From a virus (taxonomy: Duplodnaviria; Caudoviricetes), in IMG/VR virus record IMGVR_UViG_3300049192_000034, positions 1-47,142 of that record: 47,142 nt of DNA. One strand, written 5' to 3'. Positions 1-8,379 of this stretch are shown piece after piece. The notes under the pieces were generated by a model. That model searched no databases. It was given only the letters and a program-made list of their open reading frames with translations, and was not told the origin of the DNA. Numbering within the stretch: the first letter of the stretch is position 1; every line of letters starts with the position of its first letter. Both the position numbers and the translations under genes were made by a program.

Positions 1-189
1 ATTTTCATATTTCTCTACTATTCTCTTATTTAGGTAGGGGAGTAGGGGTAGAAATATGTAATAGGTACTAGAGAGAAAATAATTTGTAGTAGAAGAAGTT
101 GAGGGCCTCGCACCCACCTAGCTACTACTTACTGAGAATCCTCGGCAAATTCGAAAATTCCGAGCCAGGCACCCCACCTTTAGCCCCCA
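1..189. other. AT-rich, low-complexity putative replication origin downstream of the primase
   Basis: Much more AT-rich than the rest of the window; recurring CTACT/TAGGGG/CCCAC motifs; inverted repeat CTCGG..CCGAG at ~141-164. Confidence 0.45.
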
Positions 190-2454
190 CTAGGCCACCT
201 CAGCTCGTGGGATAAGGTGGTACCGCGCACGACCATTCACCATCGTGCGCCTGTACCCGAGTGAGACTAGCTGCTTCCCGAACGCTGCAATGTGCACAGG
301 CTTGAACCCACAGACACGACACCAGTCTGTGTATTCGATATACACAACCTTAGCAGACGAGTGAGCGTCGCTACGCTCTCCCTTTTCATATTTCTCGTTT
401 AGGAACATCGCGACAGAGTCCGACTCCACTCTCCACTCTTTCAGCAGTTCGATCGACGTGACAGGAGACTCGTATCCACCTCTGGCCTGCACCCGTGCGG
501 CCCCCTGGACGGCCCACGCTGCAATCGCCTGACGCTCCTCCGCCCCGATGCTCTTGCCGATGTTGCGCGTGACGCCTGGCCCGCTGTCCGGGTAGACCTT
601 GGTCAGCGGCAGGATGACGTAGCGGCGGAAGAACCCGGCGCTGATGTCGCTAGCCGTCGGCATCTTGTTCGCCGCGAACATGTGCCCTGCGATGGGGACG
701 AAATTGAACGCGTCCTTGTTCTTGCGTTCCGCCGCGAGCTCGTCCCCCACAACGACACCCTTGAACGTCTCACTGCTGGCGATCTCCTTGGCCGGCATCT
801 CGGACACGAAATTGACCAGAGCGCCCACAAGCATCTGCAGTCGGAACCGTTCCTCCCAGTGCTGCGGCGCGACCGAGACAGCCGTCCCGTCCGGGAACAC
901 CGACCGCATGATATCGATGACCTGAGACTTGCCGTTGCTGCCTGTGCCGAACAGCACCAGGCATCTCTGGAACTCGGTCGCCATGCCGAGTAGGGACGCC
1001 CCGATGAACTCCTGGATCAGCTGCACACGCTCTGCGGCGTCTGAGCAGCCTTCGAAGATGTCCGCAAAGAACGCATCCATTCGGGGATGCTTGAGCGTCG
1101 GGTCGTAGTCGAACGAGAGCCCCGCGCGAGCCAGATGCTCGGGCGAGTGCGGCTCGATGTGCACGTTGCCGTCCTTGACCGTCACGAAGCCGTTGCGGAA
1201 CGCGATGCCGCGCTGGGCGTCCTTGAACTGCACTCGCTCAGGTCTCGTGTTCAGCGTGTTGCGGACGATGCGAGCGACCCCCTGGCACGTGCCTGCGCTG
1301 ATGCCGAGTGGCTTCATCTTCTCGCCGCTCTCGATCCAGCACCCGGAGAACGCTGCGACGGTGGCCTCGACCGCCTCCTCAGGCAGCAGCTGCCAGTACC
1401 CAAACTCAGGCACGTACCGCCAGTGAGCGCCGGAGTCGTACGTCAGTGGCGACGTCTCGAGCGCACGCAGCGTATGCGCTGCAAGCTCCACGTGGTCTCC
1501 GAGCTTGAACAGAACGCTGGGCCTGGGCGACGACTGCGGGGTGGCCATAGCGACCGGACCGTCGGTGCCCGTGCCGCCCATGAACTGCTTGGGCGTACGG
1601 TCCGCGTCTGCGAGATATCCCCACGGGACGGACGCATCGCGGTCGGCGGACTCGACCTTGTGGCGGAGCTCCTTCTCGGACCACGGAGGCTGGCAGCGTA
1701 GGTTGTAATGCGTCCAGAGGACTCGGAACGCGGTATCGCGATCGAGCTTGAACCCACGCACCACGGCAAGAGCTGCACGCCACGTGGCGTCGTGTCCCCC
1801 CTGACCACTAATGGCCGCGGGACAGCTCTTGAGATATGCGATCGCGCGCTTCTCCAGAATGTGGGTAGGCTGGTGGACGGGGGCCGGGGCAGGCTTCGGG
1901 ACGAGGGAGAGTGTCTGCGGCTGGGCGCTCGCCAGAATGGGCTCCGGGTCGAGCAGCTGTGAGCCGGTGAGGCGGTGGGACTCGAAGTTGTCGCCGCCCG
2001 TCGTAAACCAGAAGCGAGACGGGTCTTTGGCTTGAGGATCGATGATGTGACCGGCAGATGCTGCGACCGACTCGGCCCACTGCCAGATCGCCGTGTACTC
2101 GTCCGGGGTGACGATACGCGAGAGCGGCAGGACGACACGGAACCGCGGCGTCTCTGGCGTGTGCCTGCGGGTTGTATGCAGCAGACCGTACCACTCGGAC
2201 CAGTGGTCCAGGACGGACTGGATCTCATAGCCCTCGTCGTAGTCGAGCACGAGCGCGCTCATGCCCACGCAGTTCTCTGCCAGCCGCTTGCACGGCTCGA
2301 AGATGCCAGCCGACCACCCGGGCTGGCTCAGTGAGCCGCGGAAGCGCGCCGGCTGGGCGAGCGCTGCGAACCACTCGTCCCAGGTCGTCTCGACGGACGT
2401 ACCAGCGGTGTTCGTCAGCGACGGCCACGTGGTTAGGCGGGCGGGGTTATTCAC
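190..2454 (-). CDS. Primase-helicase (AEP-like primase, PriCT-2-like, D5_N, SF3 ATPase)
   Basis: LDYD and HTT..H primase-like motifs; Walker A GTGSNGKS; Walker B VNFVSE; motif C FAAN; GTG start at 2454 overlaps the end of the upstream gene. Confidence 0.9.
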   Translation of the reverse strand: MNNPARLTTWPSLTNTAGTSVETTWDEWFAALAQPARFRGSLSQPGWSAGIFEPCKRLAENCVGMSALVLDYDEGYEIQSVLDHWSEWYGLLHTTRRHTPETPRFRVVLPLSRIVTPDEYTAIWQWAESVAASAGHIIDPQAKDPSRFWFTTGGDNFESHRLTGSQLLDPEPILASAQPQTLSLVPKPAPAPVHQPTHILEKRAIAYLKSCPAAISGQGGHDATWRAALAVVRGFKLDRDTAFRVLWTHYNLRCQPPWSEKELRHKVESADRDASVPWGYLADADRTPKQFMGGTGTDGPVAMATPQSSPRPSVLFKLGDHVELAAHTLRALETSPLTYDSGAHWRYVPEFGYWQLLPEEAVEATVAAFSGCWIESGEKMKPLGISAGTCQGVARIVRNTLNTRPERVQFKDAQRGIAFRNGFVTVKDGNVHIEPHSPEHLARAGLSFDYDPTLKHPRMDAFFADIFEGCSDAAERVQLIQEFIGASLLGMATEFQRCLVLFGTGSNGKSQVIDIMRSVFPDGTAVSVAPQHWEERFRLQMLVGALVNFVSEMPAKEIASSETFKGVVVGDELAAERKNKDAFNFVPIAGHMFAANKMPTASDISAGFFRRYVILPLTKVYPDSGPGVTRNIGKSIGAEERQAIAAWAVQGAARVQARGGYESPVTSIELLKEWRVESDSVAMFLNEKYEKGERSDAHSSAKVVYIEYTDWCRVCGFKPVHIAAFGKQLVSLGYRRTMVNGRARYHLIPRAEVA

Positions 2455-2782
2455 TGGCCCCCCCGCAGGCTCGGTCGACGGCTTGGCAGGCTTCATCCAC
2501 GGAGCGCACGATGCACGCGAACCCACCGCATGAGCGCACGAGGTCCAAGAACTGGGTCTGCTCCTCGGACACTCGACCCTTGTTGGTCTTGACCTCGAGT
2601 GCGATAAAGCGACCCGTGGTGCGCAGGATGCCAATCAGGTCGCTGCTGCCGACGCAGAGGCCGTATCGGATGCGCGCGCCGTCACGCTCTGCGGTCCCCG
2701 TGTTGTTACGCCACAGGACGACACGGGGGTCCTTGCCGAGCGCCACCCGAATGGCCCACTGGATGTCTCTTTCGGCCATCAC
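2447..2782 (-). CDS. VRR-NUC domain nuclease
   Basis: ERDIQ..GSSDLIG..FIALEVKT..GRVSEEQ..F pattern. Confidence 0.9.
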   Translation of the reverse strand: MMAERDIQWAIRVALGKDPRVVLWRNNTGTAERDGARIRYGLCVGSSDLIGILRTTGRFIALEVKTNKGRVSEEQTQFLDLVRSCGGFACIVRSVDEACQAVDRACGGASE

Positions 2783-3309
2783 GCAGACGCCTTCTGTGCG
2801 AATGGGCGCCTGCTGCGACCGCGTTGCGCGGCCGACATCTTTGCTTTGGCCTCGGCCGTGTGCTGCTTGCCGGTCCTTACTTCGCGCGCTCGCCGCATCG
2901 CCTCTGGCGACGGCTTTCGACCCTTCAGGGCCGCAGACAGTTTAGCCCTAGCAGCATTGCTGGGGACCCGACCACGCCCCTTGGCGGCAATTTTCTCGCG
3001 AGACTCCGGCGCATGGCTCCATCCGCCACGGCCGCCGAGCTTTATATTGTATCCATATGGCGCGATGGTGCCGAGTACCCCAGTCCAGAATCGTTCGCCG
3101 TCGAAGGCATCAACCTCCGTCGCATAGGTCTGTAGCACCTGCACATTGAACGCATCCCGTCCGTACTTGCGAATGGCAGCGTAAAGCGCATCGCCGCATC
3201 CGATGCTGGCGCGATAGACGTGTGCATGCCAGCGGCGCAGCACGTCCTTAGCTTTCCCGACGTAGGCTTTGGACGAACCTGCGCGAGTCACCATATACAC
3301 GTGATACAT
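2779..3309 (-). CDS. GIY-YIG homing endonuclease with NUMOD3-like repeats
   Basis: HVY..YVG..RW..H, GYN motif; HAPESREKI and HTAEAKAKMS repeats. Confidence 0.85.
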   Translation of the reverse strand: MYHVYMVTRAGSSKAYVGKAKDVLRRWHAHVYRASIGCGDALYAAIRKYGRDAFNVQVLQTYATEVDAFDGERFWTGVLGTIAPYGYNIKLGGRGGWSHAPESREKIAAKGRGRVPSNAARAKLSAALKGRKPSPEAMRRAREVRTGKQHTAEAKAKMSAAQRGRSRRPFAQKASA

Positions 3310-3311
3310 CT

Positions 3312-4604
3312 CTACTCTCTCCTCTGGCCGTAGCGCGCAACGTACATATGGTGGCACCACCCTGACGCGTAACCGCGCTCTGCTGCGATGCCCTGCAACT
3401 TCACCCAGTACGCTGCGCGCTGGTCATCGTCGTGCGCGGCGAATACCTGTTTCAGTTCCGCCCTACGAACTTCGATCGGCTTCGGGCTCGACTGCTTATG
3501 TCCGCATGCAGGACACTCGGCCCACTGCGTGCCGACATACCCGCAACGCTTGCACTGCTTCAGGGGCGGGAGCCCTGGGGCCAGCCGTATCGCGTCTCCG
3601 TCGAGTGAGTATACGCGGTCGGCATCCGGTAACCCGTGACGGTGCACCGCGCCACGCAGGTCGATGAGTGTCGCCAGGTGCTTATCCGGCGCGGGTCTGA
3701 GAATGCGACCGATGATTTGCAGGTACAACCCTGCGTGGTCACAGGCTCTGGCTAACACACAGCACTCAACGCCAGGGTCATCGAACCCTTCGGTAAGGAC
3801 TGCGACGTTCGTCACCACGCGCAGGTCGCCCTGTCGGAATCGCTCGAGCGTGGCCGCGCGCGTGTGACCCGAGAGTCCGCCATGCACGACGGCTGCAGGG
3901 TGTCCGCGCTCGGTGAGCCGACGGGCGACGTCGGTGGCGTGCTCTACGGTGGAGTTAAAGATGATCGTTCGACGGCCACGCGCGTGCTGCTCGTATGCGT
4001 CGACGGGGTCTGCGGCGAGTCCGGTCTGATACTCGGGCGGCGCGAACACCTGACACGGGACGAGCCAGCCGAGGTCGGTGAGCTCGCGGACGGTGGAGAC
4101 CACCACGAGGTCCTGATAGATGTCCCCGAGCGGCTTGCCGTCGGCGCGCATCGGAGTGGCCGACAGACCGATTACGAATGCATCTGAGTAGGCCGATGCG
4201 AGTGCGGCCCAAGATTTACAGGCAACGTGCTGACTCTCGTCGAAGATAACCAGCGTCGCAGGCGGCAGCTTCGCAAGCCACCTGTCCGTAGTTAGTGTGG
4301 GTATGCTGGCGACCGTAATCGCAGCATCCTCAGGCCCGGTCACGCGGTCGGCTTTGATGACCCTAACGCTCGGAATGCCACCTTCGATAAAGGTGCGAAC
4401 CGATTGCCTCACCAGCTCGTCACGGTGGCAGAGGAAGAGGACGCGTCCGCCCTGCGCGATGTGTCCGCCAGCGATCGCGAGCGCCAGCACGGTCTTGCCC
4501 CCACCGGTCGGGAGCACGAGGAGTACGCGCTTGTGCCCCCGGCTGATACTGGCTCTGAGTTCTCTAACCGCGCGCTCCTGATACGGCCGCAGGGTGCGGG
4601 TCAC
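3312..4604 (-). CDS. SF2 DNA helicase with C-terminal Zn finger
   Basis: LRPYQ, PTGGGKT, DESQH, SAT, EGFD, QIIGRILR; CxxC..CxxC. Confidence 0.92.
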   Translation of the reverse strand: MTRTLRPYQERAVRELRASISRGHKRVLLVLPTGGGKTVLALAIAGGHIAQGGRVLFLCHRDELVRQSVRTFIEGGIPSVRVIKADRVTGPEDAAITVASIPTLTTDRWLAKLPPATLVIFDESQHVACKSWAALASAYSDAFVIGLSATPMRADGKPLGDIYQDLVVVSTVRELTDLGWLVPCQVFAPPEYQTGLAADPVDAYEQHARGRRTIIFNSTVEHATDVARRLTERGHPAAVVHGGLSGHTRAATLERFRQGDLRVVTNVAVLTEGFDDPGVECCVLARACDHAGLYLQIIGRILRPAPDKHLATLIDLRGAVHRHGLPDADRVYSLDGDAIRLAPGLPPLKQCKRCGYVGTQWAECPACGHKQSSPKPIEVRRAELKQVFAAHDDDQRAAYWVKLQGIAAERGYASGWCHHMYVARYGQRRE

Positions 4605-5236
4605 AGCGTGTGGACCGCGGCGTGACAGGCGCCGTTGACGAACCGAGTGCCACCGCCCTCGTGACTCGCTCCGCCCTGCTCGTGGCAGTGGCCGAACAGG
4701 TGCCAGGTCGGGTTGCGAGAATCGACGTACTCACGAATCGCTCGGCTTCCGATGGCGTTCGAGCGCCCGAACGGAGCGAGCGCGTTATCGAGCACGCCAT
4801 GCGGCGGGCAGTGCGTAACGAGCACGTCGACGCTGGGGAGCAGCGATAGGTGGTGTTCGATCTCCGCCTCAGGCGCCTCGTGGTTCCAGTCCCCACCGAA
4901 CCATGGGACGTGAGGCACGCCAGCGAATCGAACGCCGTCGATGGTCTTCGGTCCGTCCTCCCAGAGGTTGTGCGCCTCGATGCCTGCCCGACGCATAATC
5001 GGGCACGGGTCGAAGAAGTCGTGATTGCCGGGCATGAACAGGAACGGCCGTCCGGCGGTCCAGGTGATGAGAGTCGGCAACACAGACCGAAGCCAGTGCT
5101 CCTGGTAGCCGGGTTCGATATGCCGGTTGCCGCGCGTCTTGTTGGGCAGAAGGTCACCCGTGTGCAGGATTGCCTCCGCCTCGGGGAACGGCTGCGAGTG
5201 TCGACCGTGGGTGTCTGAGAGGTGGAGGAGTTTCAT
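4601..5236 (-). CDS. Calcineurin-like metallophosphoesterase
   Basis: SDTHG, GDL, GNHD, THCPP, FGHCH motifs; start MKLLHLSD. Confidence 0.9.
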   Translation of the reverse strand: MKLLHLSDTHGRHSQPFPEAEAILHTGDLLPNKTRGNRHIEPGYQEHWLRSVLPTLITWTAGRPFLFMPGNHDFFDPCPIMRRAGIEAHNLWEDGPKTIDGVRFAGVPHVPWFGGDWNHEAPEAEIEHHLSLLPSVDVLVTHCPPHGVLDNALAPFGRSNAIGSRAIREYVDSRNPTWHLFGHCHEQGGASHEGGGTRFVNGACHAAVHTL

Positions 5237-5400
5237 TCGACCACCACTGCCGCCCAGACCACGGCGAGCACCCACCCACAGAGCGCTAGGGCGCCGAGAA
5301 CAGCCAGCGGCTCCTTGGATACGGCAACACCGAGGGCCACGCCGGCAGGCAGGAGGAGCGACGCAAGAATGACGCGGGCTGCGACTTGCTTGGCGCTCAT
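5233..5400 (-). CDS. 55-aa two-TM membrane protein
   Basis: Manual translation MSAKQVAARVILASLLLPAGVALGVAVSKEPLAVLGALALCGWVLAVVWAAVVVE; ATGA overlaps at both ends. Confidence 0.65.
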   Translation of the reverse strand: MSAKQVAARVILASLLLPAGVALGVAVSKEPLAVLGALALCGWVLAVVWAAVVVE

Positions 5401-5774
5401 GCAGCCTCCGGGTCGTACCCACTCGGGTTGATCTCCTGCCCGAGCGTCACGATTTCGTCCGCAACGCGTTCGCCACGCGCGTCACGGAGCGCCCTGCTTA
5501 TGAGCCGGTAGAGAACGGCGTCGATTACCTCCTGGTCGATCTCCTTCTCCCAGTCGAGCGGCTGCTGGCTGCCAGGACCGACGAAGCGAGAGAGCTGCCC
5601 GTATTCCTGCTGGCCTTGCATGAGCCGGTGGACGATCGCCATGAACGCCGCCGCACCCTCACGCTCTCGAATGCGTGCAATGCAGGCCTGCGTGAACGGG
5701 TCGAGTGTGGACGGGTCTCTCAACACGTCCGCAAGCTCGTAGATGATGCGCTGTTCGATACGGCCGGGGGTCAT
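5397..5774 (-). CDS. Hypothetical protein
   Basis: Coupled by ATGA overlaps to both neighbours. Confidence 0.7.
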   Translation of the reverse strand: MTPGRIEQRIIYELADVLRDPSTLDPFTQACIARIREREGAAAFMAIVHRLMQGQQEYGQLSRFVGPGSQQPLDWEKEIDQEVIDAVLYRLISRALRDARGERVADEIVTLGQEINPSGYDPEAA

Positions 5775-6523
5775 GCTGCCTCCTTCATTGAGCACAGCGT
5801 GATTGCCTGCTCGTCACTCATCGAACCAGGGACTACGGCCGCCAGTCGCTCAGTGGCCCGAGCCACCCAGTCAGCGTCGGAGTCCCACCCGACGTACTGC
5901 CGACCGAGAAGCAGTGCAGCCTCTCCGATTCGACCGCTGCCGCAGAACGGGTCAAACACCGTCTCGCCTCGCTCGCTGAACTTGGCCACCAGCATCAGAC
6001 ACAGCGACAGCGGCTTCTGATTCGGGTGCCGACCCTTCTCGCCTCGGGTGCCGTTGCACTTCCAGATCCCGTACGAGCCACGACCGTTCCAGCGTTTCTT
6101 GCCCTCGCGATGCATAACCGCGATGCCCTCGTAGGCCGCTGCGGGACGGTCGCCCGTAAGCTGCCCCATCGAGTTCGGCTTGTACCAAACAGCGCTGCGT
6201 GCGTATCGCTTCTGGCCCACCGTCGCTCGGTACGCACCGAAGTCCTCGAGTGCGCAGAATGAGAGCGCCCACCGACGCGAGACACGAATCAGGTCGAGTG
6301 CGAACTCGTAGCCGGCGAGCGCCGCGAACTTGGACTCGACCTTAGGGACGCCGGACTCCTTACGGATGCCGTCCACGTACTGCTTGAACGTCGTGCCGCT
6401 CATCATGTTTGAGTGCACGTGGTCGTTGTACGGCGGGTCCGTGATGGTGACGTCGTATTCGTCATCTGCGGACTCGCGCAGGCAGTGGAACGAGTCGGAT
6501 ACGTGCTGAACTCTGAAGCTCAC
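5771..6523 (-). CDS. DNA N6-A/N4-C methyltransferase (beta class)
   Basis: DPPY precedes HPNQKP and DPFCGSG. Confidence 0.9.
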   Translation of the reverse strand: MSFRVQHVSDSFHCLRESADDEYDVTITDPPYNDHVHSNMMSGTTFKQYVDGIRKESGVPKVESKFAALAGYEFALDLIRVSRRWALSFCALEDFGAYRATVGQKRYARSAVWYKPNSMGQLTGDRPAAAYEGIAVMHREGKKRWNGRGSYGIWKCNGTRGEKGRHPNQKPLSLCLMLVAKFSERGETVFDPFCGSGRIGEAALLLGRQYVGWDSDADWVARATERLAAVVPGSMSDEQAITLCSMKEAA

Positions 6524-7023
6524 CGCTCACCCCGCGGAATCTCATCGTCGGTGGTTTCGAGCAGTTCGCGCAAACGCGCACGCTCAAGCGGATGCATGCC
6601 CATCGCGCGGCAGACGTTCGGCGGCTGATACCCCGCCCCCTTCCTTACTTTCCCGGTCTCATCGACCCAGGAGCCCGCGAGCTTCGTGTCGTTCGATCGA
6701 CACACCTCCATGAGGACAGCGTCGTAGTCGTACCCGCAGGCGAGTGCGGTGCCGCGTGCGACGTAGTCCATGTCTGCGAGTGCGTCGGCGAGGTCTGGGA
6801 GGGAGGCTCGGACAGGTAGCGTGCTAATATCGACCATCAGTTCCGTCTCGCTAATGTCGAGACATGCGCCGCGCCCGTACACTGCATACAGCGCCTCAAA
6901 GAACTCCTCCGCCAACAGACGCATCCGGAGCCTAAGAACGTCATCGGGCGGGAGTGCGGGCTCGGTGCCGATGTGCTGCTTGAACGCTTGGGTGAACTTG
7001 AGGACGTATTCGGTGGGGGTCAT
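6520..7023 (-). CDS. MazG-like / all-alpha NTP pyrophosphohydrolase
   Basis: LLAEEFFE..DALADMDYV..EVCRSNDTK motifs. Confidence 0.8.
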   Translation of the reverse strand: MTPTEYVLKFTQAFKQHIGTEPALPPDDVLRLRMRLLAEEFFEALYAVYGRGACLDISETELMVDISTLPVRASLPDLADALADMDYVARGTALACGYDYDAVLMEVCRSNDTKLAGSWVDETGKVRKGAGYQPPNVCRAMGMHPLERARLRELLETTDDEIPRGER

Positions 7024-7169
7024 GCGCCACGCTCCAGAGAGATGCCGAACATCAGGCAGCCCACGCCGGCAAGAATCAACTGCGGGATCGCCGCGCTATC
7101 GAGTCCGTAGCAAGCAATCACCGCAACGTTGATGAGTACGCCGATCGCCCAGAACACCGACTGTCTCAT
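7020..7169 (-). CDS. 49-aa two-TM membrane protein
   Basis: Manual translation MRQSVFWAIGVLINVAVIACYGLDSAAIPQLILAGVGCLMFGISLERGA; ATGA coupling at both ends. Confidence 0.65.
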   Translation of the reverse strand: MRQSVFWAIGVLINVAVIACYGLDSAAIPQLILAGVGCLMFGISLERGA

Positions 7170-7519
7170 GCACATCTCCTCCCCTCACTGCGACACCGGT
7201 AGCAAACGAAGTCGCCATCCTGATACGAGTTCCACTCACCACAATTGCGGGCCAGGCAGCGTCCGCCAGACGCTCTGTTGCTCCGAGACGCTGGGGGCTC
7301 TGTGCGGCGAAGCACGAACTTATCAGCAATCAACTCGAACCGAGTGCTGACAGGCATCCCGTACGCCTGTGAATCCGCATCATCACACGTATATGGGTCT
7401 ACGCCTGGAACCGGCGTGCATGCGTAAAAGCCCCAGGCTGGTCCCCCGAGAACCTGCACGCTGTGCTCGTTCGAATCGAAGCACACAACGACCCACTCCC
7501 CGGGCTTGTAGTCAGCCAA
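7166..7519 (-). CDS. Hypothetical protein with C-terminal Zn ribbon
   Basis: GGAGG RBS before TTG start; C..C / CxxC at the C-terminus. Confidence 0.65.
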   Translation of the reverse strand: MADYKPGEWVVVCFDSNEHSVQVLGGPAWGFYACTPVPGVDPYTCDDADSQAYGMPVSTRFELIADKFVLRRTEPPASRSNRASGGRCLARNCGEWNSYQDGDFVCYRCRSEGRRCA

Positions 7520-7564
7520 GAGTCACCTCCGATCTGGTTGTTTACTGTGTTGCTAGAGTGCGAA

Positions 7565-7900
7565 CTAACGAGCGCGACGGCGGAGGAGGCGGACGACGGT
7601 CGACGTGTGCCGACAGCGCGTCGATGACCAGTGAGCCCCCGCCTGCTCACAAGCCTCGAAGTAGTCCTTCACCTTCGGTTGCGACCACCCGCAGCCGCAC
7701 CGAGCACGCCACCCCACCGTCCTCTGTTCCCTGTCCGCACGGAGGGCGGCACGGAGGGCGGAGATCGCTGCGGGCAGTTCCTGCGGCGCGAAGACCGCGC
7801 GGGTGCCGTCGTCGTTGTCGACGGTGACGGTCACGGCGGGGCGTCCGTCCAGGTACTCAGTGAACTCCCACGTGAGCCCGTTCGTGGTGCCGCGGGTCAT
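7565..7900 (-). CDS. Hypothetical protein
   Basis: Coupled to the HNH gene; CxCGW motif. Confidence 0.65.
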   Translation of the reverse strand: MTRGTTNGLTWEFTEYLDGRPAVTVTVDNDDGTRAVFAPQELPAAISALRAALRADREQRTVGWRARCGCGWSQPKVKDYFEACEQAGAHWSSTRCRHTSTVVRLLRRRAR

Positions 7901-8379
7901 GCGGCCTCCGTGCGCCAGCGAACGCCGTGGCGGATGCGGTTGATGGCCGTGCGCCCTACCCCAAACTCGCGAGCGAGCGCCGTGTCCGTCTCGCCTTTGG
8001 CTGCGCGACGTCGGATCTCATCGACCTGCGCCTGCGTCAGACGCGCTTGGCCGTGCGTCTCTCCGCTGCGGTGCGGAGGCTTCGGTCCGGACTGCACGGG
8101 CGCGCGACCGCGCTCCACCATGTCAGTGTGGTTCTGCTTGTGCGTGCCGAGTTCCAGGTGCGCTGGGTTGCAGCAGATGCGGTTGTCGCATCGATGCCGA
8201 ACGAGCAGGCCCGGAGGGATGGGACCGTTGACCAGCTCGTACGCCACTCGATGCGTGCTGCGTACCTTGCCCTTGCTGCCAACCGCCCCGTACCCGGTCT
8301 TGCCTCTCGTGCAGCCGAGCCAAGGCCAGCACTCGTCAGGTTCACCCACCCGAACGCGCGACCAGAACGCGGCGGTCAC
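7897..8379 (-). CDS. HNH endonuclease with C-terminal HTH
   Basis: CWPW, THRVAYE, HRCDNRICCNPAHL..GT..N. Confidence 0.9.
   Translation of the reverse strand: MTAAFWSRVRVGEPDECWPWLGCTRGKTGYGAVGSKGKVRSTHRVAYELVNGPIPPGLLVRHRCDNRICCNPAHLELGTHKQNHTDMVERGRAPVQSGPKPPHRSGETHGQARLTQAQVDEIRRRAAKGETDTALAREFGVGRTAINRIRHGVRWRTEAA

Noticed and set aside
2455-2634. N-terminal 60 aa of the 814-aa primase ORF call
   Set aside because: Overlaps the VRR-NUC gene; the coupled GTG at 2454 is the more plausible start. Similar over-extended starts were trimmed for several other ORFs
2779-3309. GIY-YIG endonuclease as part of a group I intron
   Set aside because: Flanking genes are complete and abut it directly, leaving no room for intron structure; it is free-standing
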